Below the pieces are notes generated by a model that did no database searches, was not told the origin of the DNA, and saw only the letters and a program-made list of their open reading frames with translations. Positions 1-13,710 of a stretch of 64,000 nt of DNA are shown here, piece after piece (the stretch's first letter is position 1; each line of letters opens with the position of its first letter). Both the position numbers and the translations under genes were made by a program. Source of the stretch: Chrysomallon squamiferum (taxonomy: Eukaryota > Animalia > Mollusca); contig CM022675.1 of the NCBI GenBank assembly GCA_012295275.1, positions 12,152,001 through 12,216,000 of the forward strand. The letters run 5' to 3'.

Positions 1-164
1 CAGAAATTTCAATTTATGGTGAGTAGTTGCTAATAAAAAAAATTGAGAATATAATTAACCCTGCATTATAAATTTATACAGTTTATTTTTTTTTATTTGA
101 TATTTTTTTTTTTTTAATGTTTATTTTATAATTGTTATGATTATACTTGTAATTTTTATTTTAG

Positions 165-3100
165 GTTTTACAAAACCTTGGTAAAGCGGAAAGAACAACA
201 GATGAATCTTTGGATGAATGTGCACATCTGATAGATAAGCAGCAGGTAAGAAACTGCATCATCTATAAAATCTATTTCAGTCCATTTCAGCTGGTATTTG
301 TTTTTATCTGTATCCACCTAGAAACTTCAACCTAGTGAACATCATCCCACTTATAAACAATGATCTTGTTATCATGGTTGTTATTTTTTATTTTTTATTT
401 TTTTTAAATGAAATTTTTTTCTTTGTGAAAATTTTATTATCTATAAAGATGTTTCCACTTTCCTGAATTCCTGGATCAGCACTGATTTTTCATTTGACCA
501 AGTCAGAAAAAGAATTTATTTTACCTATAAAATAAAATTATGCTTAAAATTCATACATAATTTATTTTAAAGCTGTCATTTTCCTTCAGGATTTTGTTTT
601 CATTTTTTCATATTTACCTATGCATTTTCAAACTAAACTTACATATTTTAAATATTTAAAAATTTTATTATTATTATTATTATTATTATTTATTCTTTAT
701 TCAAGTTATTGTTTTATTTTAGGACATTTTTTTAAAAATGATGCACATGTATTTTCGAACTAAATTACCATATAGTATGAAACTTTTAAAAAACATTAAT
801 TTTTCAAATTATTATACTTATTTTAAAATGAAACCTGCAATATGTTTTCTGTGTTTTCTTGTATATGCATTTTTTTTTCCATCCACATATATTTAACTAT
901 AAATTTTTAAACTATACTTGCAATATATTTTTAAGCTATTATTTTCTTACACTTTTTCTTCTTTTAAAAAAAATAAGTATGTTCAAACCATTTGCAATGA
1001 ATTTTTAAACTCTGAGAACATATTTGCACTTGCTGTGTCAGTGTATTCTACATTGTTAAATTAAAGTCATTGTCTTTCTAAACTGTACAAACTGGTGATT
1101 GTTTTCTGTTTTAACAATTTCAGGAAGTTGCACACAGAGTACAGAAGGATCTGCGACATTATATTCAGTGTGCTAGAGGTAAGTTTTTCTTTTCACGTTG
1201 GTAATTTAGTGCTTGTCTTTGTCTCTCTGTGGATACATTTTTACACACCACAGGAAAATATTTGTTAATTTTCTTCTTTTTTTTTCATTCATGCTTTTCC
1301 ATCTCTCCTCTCATACCTCCGCCATCTCATATATTGATCTGTTTTTCTGTAAATATCTTGTCAGTCCATCCTCTCTTCCGTCATACAAAAAAATGTTTGC
1401 TGCTTTGGTTTTTCATCCAGTCTTTCATTCTCTTACCAAACAAAAAATCATGCATAAACACATACATATTTTCTAAATTTATTAAACTGTATATAAGGAA
1501 AAAATAAAATCAGATGCTCTGATATATGTTATAAACAGTATCAAAATTATTGACTGTATTTGCACACTGAAGCTGTGAAATTCCTTCATTTATTCATATA
1601 ACACCATTTTCTTAAAGAATCTGATATATGAAAAGGTCTCCAGAGTATACTAATCATGTTACTACCATTTTTTTTTTCTGTCTGAATGATTTGCATTCTT
1701 ATATATTTCTATTTATTCATTAAATAAATTACTATTAATATTATCTTTCCTGGCACTATCATGTTACTGAACGTTTATCAGTTTTTTTGTTTTTTTTTTA
1801 CTTCACCCACCTGTTATTTTATTACATTGTATTTACTTGCAGTAAACAAGTAGTAAATAAAATAAACTGGCATGTATAGTGTTAATAAAATGAAATAGAT
1901 TTTATCAGAAGCCATATAATAAGCAGTTAAACTGTTGATGTAAAAAATAATTTAACATAACTTTATAACAGTTTGTTAAACTGATATGCATTTTATTGAT
2001 AAAAAGAGCATTTTATGGTCCTTATAAAATGTTTCTTCTTTTATTATTTTTAAAATTTATATTAGTTTATTATTAAATTCTTTTTTTAAGAATTATTGTA
2101 ATAAACTAATTTAAATTTTAAAAATAATAAAAGAAGAAACATTTTATAAGCACCATAAACTATATATTTGGCATGTATTTGATTATTATTTTAAATAATA
2201 GATTAAGTAGATAATGCATAATGATAATCCTTAATAATTGTTTTGTTTCTTATTCCTTTTTATTATAGTAACAAATAGTCTAAAATACTCATTGTATAAT
2301 TCTTAATGATTATTTTGTTTGGTTTTTGTTATACACGTTTATGTTATGATAACAAATTATGTGAAATAGCAAAAATATATTTTGCTGATAATAAAGTATA
2401 ACATTAATATGACAGATTTGAAGATTTACAGATACTGGTGGGGTTTTTATTCTTCCTTTTATTCATGTATATTTCTGATACAATTTACTTAAGAAATATA
2501 ATAATAATAATAATAATAATACCTCAATGTACTAATTGAAGCTTGTTTAAATTCTTTACAAATGAGGAAATCACTGATAAAAATCTGTTAGTCACATTTC
2601 TTTTTCTATGTAACATTAAATTGTTAACTCTTTAATCCTTATCCAAACACACACACCAAATACTTGATGACGTCTGAAACAAATGAAACAGAAGTTGATC
2701 TGTTTAGAAATAAACATAAAAGTCACAGTTACAGCTGTAAATATTAATATTTGTGTCTTACTGCTTAATCTGTTCACAAACATTAGTTGCAGGTTAACCA
2801 TATATGAAATAGCCATTTGTTTTTTCCTGATCTCCTTATTTAAAGTTATTCAACAGCACACACACAAAATTAAATAATTTTTTTCAGATGTTCAGATATA
2901 TATTGTCATTATAAAAACTGGCCAGGTTTGTCATTTCACTATCATGATTGCTTGTATTTAAAGTTTTGACTTCATTTATATTTTGTCATTATGTAAAATA
3001 CAGTGCATAGCAAAAGAATGCTAACCCTTTACAAACTAGATACAATTTGACATTATCTTTAAGGCAATCAGCAATAGATAAGTAATACTAACATTTCAAA

Positions 3101-6100
3101 AACAAATTATTTTGCAATCTAGAACTGTTTTACATTATATGTATATTATACTGCAACTCGTAGCAAAATCAAGTTAACTCTTTACAGACCTAATCCCAGT
3201 TATATTTCATCATTATATAAACAGTACAGTACATTTCAAAAGTAAGTTAACCCTTCTGCAAACTTGACCCCAGTTATGCAATATTACTATGTAAACCACA
3301 GTACATAGCAAAAGTATGTTAACCTTTATAAACTCGATCCCACTTATATTTAATCATTATAACAAAATATTTTACCTTTATACAAAAACTGCAGGACATA
3401 GCAAAAACCTGTTAATCTTTTGACAAACTTGATGCCAGTTATCAGTTATCTTCATGTAAACTAAACAATTACATCTGATTTCACTGGTTTGTCTCTAGTG
3501 CGCTCAACCTGTTTTGATTTATCAAAGCATGTTGAGATGTCCCAGGGAGCAGTAGCTTACAGACAGGTACCTATGTAGCCTGTCAAGTTGTTACTAATCA
3601 TCTCTTCTTTACTACATACCTCTACTAAAACACACCACATTCCTTCACACTTCACTGAGTACTGTGCCTTGTGTTGAAAAGATGAAACATCTGCTGATGC
3701 TATTGGTATATTGTTTGGAATTATCATGGTTTTTTTGTTGTTGTTTATTATTGTTGTTGGAGTTTTTTTATTTTATTTTATTTTATTTTTCACTATTAAA
3801 AAAAAAAATTGGGATGGGTGGGGAAAGTTAATTACGTATTTGTTTTGTTATTTATTTATTTGTTTATTTTTGTTAGTGGTGACATATGTCTTATTGTTAC
3901 TGTTGTTATTAATTAAGCATTTTTTATTGTGTTATTGATATTATAATATCATTACCATTTTTATTATTGTTAGTATTATTATTCTCATCATTATTATTGT
4001 ATTTAAAAAAAAAAAAAATGATGGTGGTAGTGGAATTTTCTTTTTCCTTTTCAGTTTTATTACTAGTTTTTTGTTTTGTTTTTGTTTCTGTTTTTCTGTG
4101 TGTGAGTTTGTGTTTTCTTTCTTTTTCATACTTGTACTCCCTCAGTGTTCCTATCCTAAGAATAATTTAGTAGATAGTAATTTCATTGTCTTCTTTTTTC
4201 AGTACAGTCTTTGAAGAAGTAATCTTAGTATTTTCATCCATCCAAGGATAAACAAATATATCACTGTTATTTCACTTTATTGCATATGGGCTGCCTTTAA
4301 AATCAATGACTTGAAAAAAACTGAACGACAAATGAAAGCAAGAAATTTTTTATTACCATTCAATTTGCCATAGAAAGTAAATCTCTCTTTTTGTATTCTG
4401 AAAAGGATTGGATATTTTTTAACTTTGTTTATAACCCAAGTATTGTATAGTTTTTACTTTGTTGATAGTACTAAATTGGGTTTTATATTTTTGGATTTTG
4501 TTGCTAACCTGAATATGGTTATAATTTTTTGTTGTCCTTTCCTTTAAATTAGTTTCATACGATCAGATTAAATTCTCTAAAACAATTCCTTATACTAAAT
4601 GAATTGGTCTTGATTATGTTTAATAGTTCCCATGGAATCTCCATTACAAAATCCAATTTTACTGAGTTTGACAAACATGATACAAAAGTAATTAATTTAT
4701 TTTCTGTTTGTGTTTGGGAGTAACATTAAAAGGAATGACTCCAGTGTGTTTTTCATTGTAATTTGTATAATACCAGTATTCTCGGTGAAATATTTTCATT
4801 CATTTACACATAGATTAAACCATTTGCCAACAGATTTTAAACTGTGGTTGTAGTGGTCCATAGGAAAATGTTACTGTACTTTGTTTTTCTGTGGTGATCC
4901 ATATAAACATGCTTAAATCCATTTAATGTACTTACTAATTTACAAATACACATAGTATTTATATTAGTATTCATTGTTTTTTGTTGGTCCATATAATCAT
5001 GTTTAAAATATAAAATACATTTTATGTACTTATTTTAAATGTGTTGCTGTTGCTTAAATACATTTAATGAACATAGTAAATTTTGTCTTTCTGTGGTTGT
5101 ACATATTATTGCAATAAGAAATCTGGCCAGTACGTTTAGGAATCTGCTATATTCAGTGTCCAGACTTGACAGGTTTAACTGTACTTCTAAAAATAGTTTG
5201 TAAGCTTACTGGTGATTTGTTTTTTAAGTATAAATGGTATTTTTTAAAAAGAATGTTTATAGATATGAATTTCTTAAGCTTGTTATTTTATTATTAGTAA
5301 AGCATGTTTCGAGGTATAAGCAAAAAATAATACGGAAATATGTAGAAAATAATTTATTCTGTCACTGCAGATATAGAAAAATAAAATGTGACTGTTAAAA
5401 CTTTCAAGTACTTGAAAACCAAGATTGTCTATTATGCCAAGTACAAAGCCTGAACCTTTATAAGTTTATTTAACATACTGTGGTTTAGTGTGATCCAGAG
5501 TGACAGTTTACAAGACTTGCTTACCTCCAACAGTTCTACCTCCAAATTATTATTATTGTTGTTGTTATTATTATTATTATTATTTAACTTTTTACCTTGC
5601 ATGTCTGAATTTTAAATGACCACAGATTGTGTTACTTAGTAGTGTACTTAATAGCATCTGGACATTGGTCAGTGAGTTACTGGTAAACAACTATTGGAAC
5701 TTTAACCTCTTAGTGCCAGATTTAGTTTTATTCAGCAACTATGATCAGAATCTACAGAATGTCCATCTTGTACATCCAGTCACTTTAGTGTTATAGTTGT
5801 ATGCCAGTGTGTACAGTAACCAGTTTACTTTGCAAATTTCATAAGAATGTCTTGACTTTTCCAGATGTTGTAACCTCTACTAATCACGTAAGTTTCGTGG
5901 TGGAAGGGCATGTTGAAGTTAGAAAGTTCTGGAATGTGAAGTGTCACATGCTGATTCCATGTAGAAGTTTACATAACTAGAAGAATTATAAATAAATCAT
6001 GAAGCACACAATGACAAATTTTCATACATTTTCAGATCTCGTCTGTCACATCCTTTCTCAATTTTATATCCTTCCTGTATTCTTAATATATTCTGTTATC

Positions 6101-6441
6101 TTATCTCTTTTGAGTGACCTCTTCATCTCTGAGCATTGAAACCATCATCTACATCATTTAAAAAGACTGGTTCTTTTTGTGAATCCATTTTCTTTTCTGT
6201 TGATATATACAGTTTCTCTCAAAACATATATGCTATAAGTACAATTGTTTTTCATTCATGATGTAATTATTTTTAAACATCTTTCATATCCTTGTGTATT
6301 GACATTTCTTCTGTCAGTATGTTTTTATTTGTGTCAGTTGATATGCACAGTAAATTTGATACCTATTATGGAATGATTTTGAAACACACATCCCTTCTTT
6401 ATGTATTGATTGTTCTTTCAACATTATAATTATTGTTAACT

Positions 6442-6482
<41 letters not shown>

Positions 6483-8885
6483 TTGTTTGAAACTTGTAAC
6501 ATAAATATTTTAAACCTATTTTCTTTTTTTCATATAATGGCTATATTTCCATTAGTATCTTTGTATGTATAGTTATTGAAAACTTATTAGGAAACAATTT
6601 TTAAATAAATTTTCCATCTTTGCATATTGAGTTTTCTTTCATCATTACGTATAGTTTTTATCTGTTCATACATACATAGTTGTTTGAAACCATTTATAAA
6701 ATGATTTTTAATACACTGACTTTTCTTCCATCAGTGTTTCTGTCAGTTCATACATGTGTGCATTTGTTAGACGTCTTAGGATGTGACATTAAAGTTTAAA
6801 TATCTTTGTAATGTTTAGGTGTTACTATTTTCTTATTGGTATTTATAGTTATGTCATATATATGTAGTTGTTTGACACCAAATAGGTAATGATTTTTAAA
6901 ATACTTTTGGAGTATTACTAAATATTCATTATTATTATTAATTTTGTTGTTATTACAAATATTAAGTTTTAGCAAGAGTATTTTACTTAGTAAAAGTAAT
7001 AAAATAAAAGATCACAAGAGTGAGACATAAATATTTAAAAATGTATATAAAACTTTTATTCTAATGAGTGTAGAGTTAATTGTTTAAAATAACAAAGATT
7101 CTTCAGAATATCATCTTTATTGAAATCACAGAACAAATAACAATGCATTATTCATTAGAAAATAATATTATTTTGTATAATTATATTTTCAGCACTTTCT
7201 TGTGCCAGTAAGACATTCTTCACAACAGTTTCTGAGATCTATGAACCAGAGTGGACTGATGAAAAAAATTTCAAACAAAATATAGAGGTATGTTGTATTT
7301 CTGAAACAAAAGTGAAAGTGATGAGGTAAAGGTGAAGATGATGATGATGATGTTGAAAAAGCCAAAAAAATAATTAACACCAACAATAATGATGGTTATA
7401 AAAAGAGAGAATATCTTCTAAATTATGATTTAAAAATAAAATAAAAAATTAATTAAATTTAATCCTTGTAAATAAACTTATGATTAAATATTATTTTACA
7501 TTTAAATAAAACTCAACCCCCTAAAAGAAAATTAAATAACAAAAAAAAATATTTAAATTAAAAAAATAATAATGAAATGAAGTAAAATAAAAAGAATAAA
7601 ACAGAAATTAATAATAATTAAATAAAATAAAATAAATCTAATTTGCAAATAATAATGGAAATATTTTCATAATAATATTTGTAGACCTAGTCAAGTTATT
7701 TATAATACAAATTTCAGGGTTTCGATGCATTGTGGGAAGACTACTTGGACAGTTTGAATACTCGTGTTGTGCTTCCAATGAACGAGTACCTGACTTCATT
7801 TCCTGGTATCAAGGTAAGTTGTTCACAGTTAAAATACTTCTCTTTATTCCCTCTTTTTCCTTTAGTAATATACTTTTAAGTTGTTGCTTTATTGTTAAAA
7901 TGAAATTCTGTGAACAAATTCACAACATCATTAGTAATTGTTTTATTTACTACTGATCAGTCTTTACCAGTAATAAACTATGACCATAAAATAATGAAGT
8001 CCATGTGTATGCACAGAGATTGTCATTTATTGGGGTTTTTTTTCATTCTGAAGCATATTATTCATGGAAAATAAGTTAAAAAAATTATAACAGAAAACAT
8101 CTAAGCATTAGAAAAATATTATTTATGTTATTTCAGGCAAAGGTTGCCAAGCGAGGAAGAAAGCTAATGGACTACGACAATGCAAGACACAATCTGGATG
8201 TACAGCAAAACGCAAAGAAGAAAGATGAAGCAAAAATAGCTAAAGTATATTTATTGATATCTAAAAATCTGTTGTTGTTTTTTTAAACAAATATCTGGTC
8301 ACATATGTTCGCACACACAAACACATGACAGCACATACATAATAAATCTGGTGCCTTTATGATCAATATGTTTACTTGCATTAGATTTAAAACAGAGATA
8401 AATTTAAAATACATATATTTTATTAAATTACAAAATTATTTATTGTTACATTATTTACTTACTTATTTATTTATTTATTTATTAAATTTTGTATTATTTA
8501 TTTATTATTAAAAATTAATGTTTCATTCTTCCACTGTAGAATTAACAGGAATCATTTTCCAAAATATTTTTTTTATAAAAATCTAGAACTATTTCCATTG
8601 CAACACAAATCTGAACTAAACACACTTTATGACAGTTTTTCCTATCCGTGTTACAAAATGAATGTCAGTGATAAACAACCAGGTACTGTCAACATCAAGG
8701 TAATATTTCACATCTTTGAGTAGGTTTTAAAAAGCAGTTTTCTTTTGTTTTAGGCTCAGGAAGAACTGGCAGAAGCAAAGACAATTTACGACGACATGAA
8801 TAATTTGCTGCATAAAGAACTTCCAGAATTTTACAACAGGTGAAATTTTTATTTATGATTCTCTAAAATTTTATCTTGTAAAAGT

Positions 8886-8939
<54 letters not shown>

Positions 8940-10786
8940 CCAGTCCACAAATGTTTAGGTTATCAACAAAATCTAAACATACAAACACACACTATTTTAT
9001 TATTATTTTATTTATTTACTTATTTATTTATTTATGTTATTTTTTATTAATTTTTTAAATATTGTTTTTAATACATTGTACATAAATATTTAAAAAATGA
9101 AAAATAATCAAAATAAATATTGTTTGTATAATTTTGTATTCATTATGAAATTGGAAAAAAAATAAATGCAGATGATAAATTCCATTTTTTTTTCATTTGG
9201 CTTCTTTTATATTTTTATCAAGACATGACAAAAGACTAGACTGTTAAATTAATTTTAGTACTGACAAAATACATTTTATTATTTTTTTTTTTTAATTGTA
9301 TAGTTCAGCATTAATATCTATTCTTGGTAAGTAAAGAATTTAATATGATGTTCTTTTTTTTTTTTTTTTAGTCGAGTCACATTTTATTCGAATATCTTCC
9401 AGAATTTGTTTTCGTCAAAAAACACATTTCACAGTAACACATCACAGGTGAGAAAATAATTTTTTTTAAACAATAAACACTTATACACTGATGTGGTGGC
9501 AGGAAGAGGGAGGTGGAGGGACATTCATATATGTGTGTATGTGTTGTAAAAATAATTTGATATTAATTTGTTCTATTATTTCAGCTGGCTGACAAGTTAA
9601 CGGATATCTCGACACAGCTGTCTAAAGATTTTGCACAGTTTGTTTATAAACCAATGAGACCAACAAGCAAAGCTTCAGACAGGTATGACCTTTGAACCTT
9701 AACCTTTGATACATCATCTACATTCCTCACAAACATCTGCATTAAGTAGATTAATATAGGGTTTGTAGGTTTCACAAAAAAGCATTTCTTCAGTTAATGG
9801 GTTTTGTTTAAATAGAATGTGTTGTGTATATATTTAAAATGATTTGAAAATCAGCCTTTTTCTTTTTATTCAAACAATAATAAAGAAAACTAAAAACTAA
9901 AATTAATGTGAGAAAAAAATTATTCAGAATTTTAAAAAAAAGAAAGAAAATGGAATGAATAAATGACTGATAAAATTTTTTAATTTAATAACAATTATGT
10001 AATTTTACTTTTAATATTTAATTTTTCCCCAATTTTTTTTAAAATCCAACAAAACTCCTCCAATATTTAAAAAAAGTAAACAAAATAAATAATAAATAAA
10101 ATAAAAGAATAAAAGAAAAAAGAAACTAAATTTTTTTTTTTTCTTTTTTTGTCTTCTGTTACAGTATATCTAATGGCTGTACTGATGGTTTTCCAACTTT
10201 ATTAAAGCGACCCATTAAAGTCCATTCATTTTGGTATTTTATATATACTAATTATTATTATTAAAAAAATCAACAATGTTTGCTTGAGAAATACGTCTGC
10301 TCTCATTTGCTTGCTTTGTTTCCCTTCCACTGGTTACTGAGATCATGTTTCACCAGTAATCCTATCAAAACCATTTTTCTAAATTTAACACCTGAAGCCA
10401 TTTTCCACGTTGTTTATTTGTACCTGTAAGCAGGTTTTTTGTTGTTTTAATCTTTTTTTTCTAATTATTATTATTAATATTATTTTTATTATTTCTTTTT
10501 TTTTTTTTTTTTTTTTTACCTTTATTCATTTTCTAATTTACCTCCCTGGTTTCTCAGTTTTCCCTGGTTTATTAACATGCACATATCATGGTTTTTTATA
10601 ACTTTATCCTGTGGAATGCATCCAAAAGGGGAAGTAACTCCAATTGCATGCTTCTTTCAAAATTTGTAACTGTTCATACTAATAACAGATTAGTATTTTA
10701 TACTATTCACATGATTTGTTTTATTAATTAGTTTGGATAAAAATTATGTATTATTTATTTATTTATTTATTTATTTATTATTATTA

Positions 10787-10818
<32 letters not shown>

Positions 10819-11379
10819 TTGTAATTATCATCACATTTTTATTGTTTAACTGTTGTTGTTATATCTTTTTCAGTTTATTATTTGTATATCTTATTAGTTT
10901 TAATGATTTATTTATTTATTATTTATTTTTCTTACTTATTTTCTACCACTCCTGATTATAAAATGTATTTTGTTTATGTGTTCTGTAATATTGTTATTGT
11001 TTTTGTTCTTTAATTATTATTGTTGTTGTTGTTGTTATAATTATTAGTATTATTGTTCTTCTCTGTTGGTATTACTATCAGTGGAGAGGACAATGCAGTA
11101 GAGAATGGTGACCACTCAGAAGGCACACCCCCCACTCCCAAATCAGAGAAAATTGAAAAACCAGGTAAAAGTACTGAACAAGCAAGTACAAGTTCAGAAA
11201 CTAAGCAAGTCAGCACACCTTCAGCTGAGGCAGAAGCATCAGACGTCAAAGAAAATGGCATCTATTACTCACCTGATGATGATGAAGATAATACTCAAGG
11301 TATTTGTTATTATTATCGTAATTCATTTTCTTATTAATAAGGCAAAATGTGATGGCTAAAATAATGTGCACATAATTTT

Positions 11380-11414
<35 letters not shown>

Positions 11415-13402
11415 TACAGTTACATAAAAATTAGGTTACATAAATATACCTAAATATCTTCAGAAAATACACATTTAATTTTTTTAATTATTAAATTTTG
11501 TTTTCTAGAATTCTAAATTCAGTTTTGCATACAAACAAGGCAGTAAGTTGCAAATTTATATATAATCGTTTATTCTTTCTTAATTTAAATTTTAGATGTG
11601 CATGCAATAATATCAAACAGTAGTATATTTCCATATGCTGAGAGTAATTTGAAAATTTTGTTCTGATAGTTCATTATATATCAATTTTTTCGTTTTAATT
11701 TTTAGATGTCTATTCAAACCAGGCAATAATAAATGCTCAGAAGTCAGAGATAAGTTCAGAAAACAAAACAGAAGATAACAAACAAGAAATGGTTTGATTT
11801 TTTAAATTATTATTGTGGTGGTGGTGTTGTTGTTGTAACTGTGACTGAAGCTACTTGTACTACAACTATTTCTGCTACTACTGTTACTACTACCATTATT
11901 ATTACTCCTACTATTATTACTTCTGCTACTATCACTACTAGTATTACTGCTATTACTGCTAGTACTTCTGTTACTTGTATTCATGCCACTGCTTCTGTGT
12001 CTGCCATCACTACTTCTACTATTACCATGACTAGTCTGTTCTGTTTATTGTTTTTTTCAGTTCTGCAAATAAGTAGCATACACTTCCAAACAGTTTCACA
12101 GTGATACCTTTGGGCTAAAATAAGTCTATTTTGAGAATTAGAAAATTCATATAATATAATTTTAGTTTAAAACCAGATTTAATCAATTATTTGTGCTTCT
12201 GCAGAATTCTACCTACTCTGAATAGTATATTTACTCAGGGTATAAGGTCAGAAGTTCATTTTGATATTTTCCTATATGATTTAATTTTTTAATTTTTAAT
12301 GTTTTTTATTCAGGTCAATGGAATTAATGGTGCTAAGCAAATCTCAGAGGATACAAAAGAAAAAGAGTCGCTTGGCTTGCCTGATTATCCACCACCAGCG
12401 CCACCTGGTGATGAACCTGAGGCTAAGGAATGTGCCACAGAGAGTGTTTATGATGAGCCCAAGTCAGTGAGACCGGTGTTCAATGATGATGATGCCGCTG
12501 ATGATGATGATGATGATGATGATGACTATCAGATTCCAAAATCAAATAAACCTTTGAAAAAATACCCATTTGACAATGTCCTGTATGAGGTAAATGGTTT
12601 TTTTTTGTGTTTTTTGTGTTTTTTATTTTGTTTTTTTCTTATATAACCTTCAGTATGCCAGAAATTCCTGTATTTTATTAAGAAATAATTACATTGTGTG
12701 TGTCTTTAAATATATATAAATTATAAATGTGACATATATAAGATAAAGATTTTATTTTTATGGATATAGTATTTGTCATGAAATTTTGAGTTGTGTTTTT
12801 TCTTCATTTACTGATGTTTATAATTACAAAATAGTGGATGAAGATCTCTATTTTTCACTTTATGGTTGGATTACAAATGAAAAAAGTCATGATTCTGATC
12901 CTTCATTTATATGCATGATTCCACAAAATTGGATTCAGGTTTCTTAACATTTTCTGAAATCAAGTATTAAAATGTTTATGAAAAACTATTTAAAAAGGGT
13001 GAAAATATCACATTTGAAGTTGTACAGTTTGTTCAATGTTGTTATATTTTCTATGTCTAGGTATTAAAATGTTAAAAATTGTATTAAAAGCCTGGAATGG
13101 AGTAAACTTTATTTATCTGTTAAAACAGGTTCAGGCCACTCACCCATATGAGGGTGAAGATGATGATGAGTTGACTTTTGAAGCTGAAGATATTATCTAT
13201 GTTATACCTCATGAAAATCAAGAAACAGGTAGTTAAAAAAAAAAATTAAAAATTGAGTTATAAACATGTTATTTAAAATCAGTTAAAAATAAATCAATTT
13301 TAAATTTAATTGTTATATCACCTGATTGAGTTAAAAGCAGGTAATTTTTTATTTTCACCTGGTTCAGTTTAAGATAGGCAGTTTGTACTGTTTACTTGAT
13401 TC

Positions 13403-13464
<62 letters not shown>

Positions 13465-13710
13465 GAGACGGACAAATATATAAACACTTAATAGATGAAC
13501 CTGACAGTAAAAGTTTATATTGATATGTCACACTTCAGAGTTCATCTTTTGAGAATATATATATACACAAGTAGTAGTAATAGCTGAATAACCACAAACA
13601 AATTCTAACCTAATTTTCTTTTTTTTGAGGACGAAGGATGGGTCATGGGAATTAAAAAATCAGATGGACAGAAAGGAGTTTTCCCTGAGAACTTTACAAA
13701 GAGAATCTGA
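165..13710 (+). CDS. AMPH: Amphiphysin/BIN1-like N-BAR + SH3 protein, multi-exon, first exon outside the window
   Basis: Exons bounded by AG/GT: 165-245 ([14 protein letters not shown]), 1124-1178, 7193-7287 (EIYEPEW), 7718-7813 ([14 protein letters not shown]), 8137-8244 ([17 protein letters not shown]), 8754-8839 (AQEEL..ELPEFYNS), 9372-9447 (RVTFY), 9585-9682, 11082-11299, 11706-11791, 12314-12589, 13129-13228 ([17 protein letters not shown]), 13630-13710 ([18 protein letters not shown]). The motifs match my recollection of amphiphysin BAR and SH3 domains. All junction phases are compatible except the last. Confidence 0.93.
2990..3455. repeat. Degenerate intronic tandem repeat, ~70-bp unit, ~5 copies
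   Basis: Recurring ACAGTACATAGCAAAAGTATGTTAACCTTTACAAACTTGATCCCAGTTAT-like unit near 3000, 3157, 3226, 3298 and 3390. Confidence 0.7.
6200..6905. repeat. Old degenerate tandem repeat (~100-bp unit) with an embedded (TA)n
   Basis: TAGTTGTTTGAAAC...ATGATTTTTAAA-like core near 6345, 6478, 6567, 6675 and 6862; (TA)n at ~6447-6479. Confidence 0.55.
10165..10233 (+). CDS. Candidate 69-nt cassette exon of amphiphysin
   Basis: Long pyrimidine tract plus ACAG acceptor, TG|GTATTT donor, phase 2-2 matching both neighbours, stop-free ([22 protein letters not shown]). Confidence 0.4.
11812..12030. repeat. Low-complexity (ACT/ATT/GCT)n trinucleotide tract, intronic
   Basis: Degenerate triplet run that produces the spurious Thr-rich and Ser/Asn-rich ORFs in the track. 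Confidence 0.7.
13407..13469. repeat. (GA)n microsatellite
   Basis: Directly visible. Confidence 0.95.

Noticed and set aside
3711-4170. Hydrophobic membrane-protein-like ORFs (similar ones at 10410-10955, 19773-19985, 48807-49113, 50651-50884)
   Set aside because: Translations of T-rich or microsatellite non-coding sequence.
11802-12104. Mucin-like Thr-rich and Ser/Asn-rich ORFs
   Set aside because: Intronic trinucleotide low complexity; the flanking exons join in frame without it.
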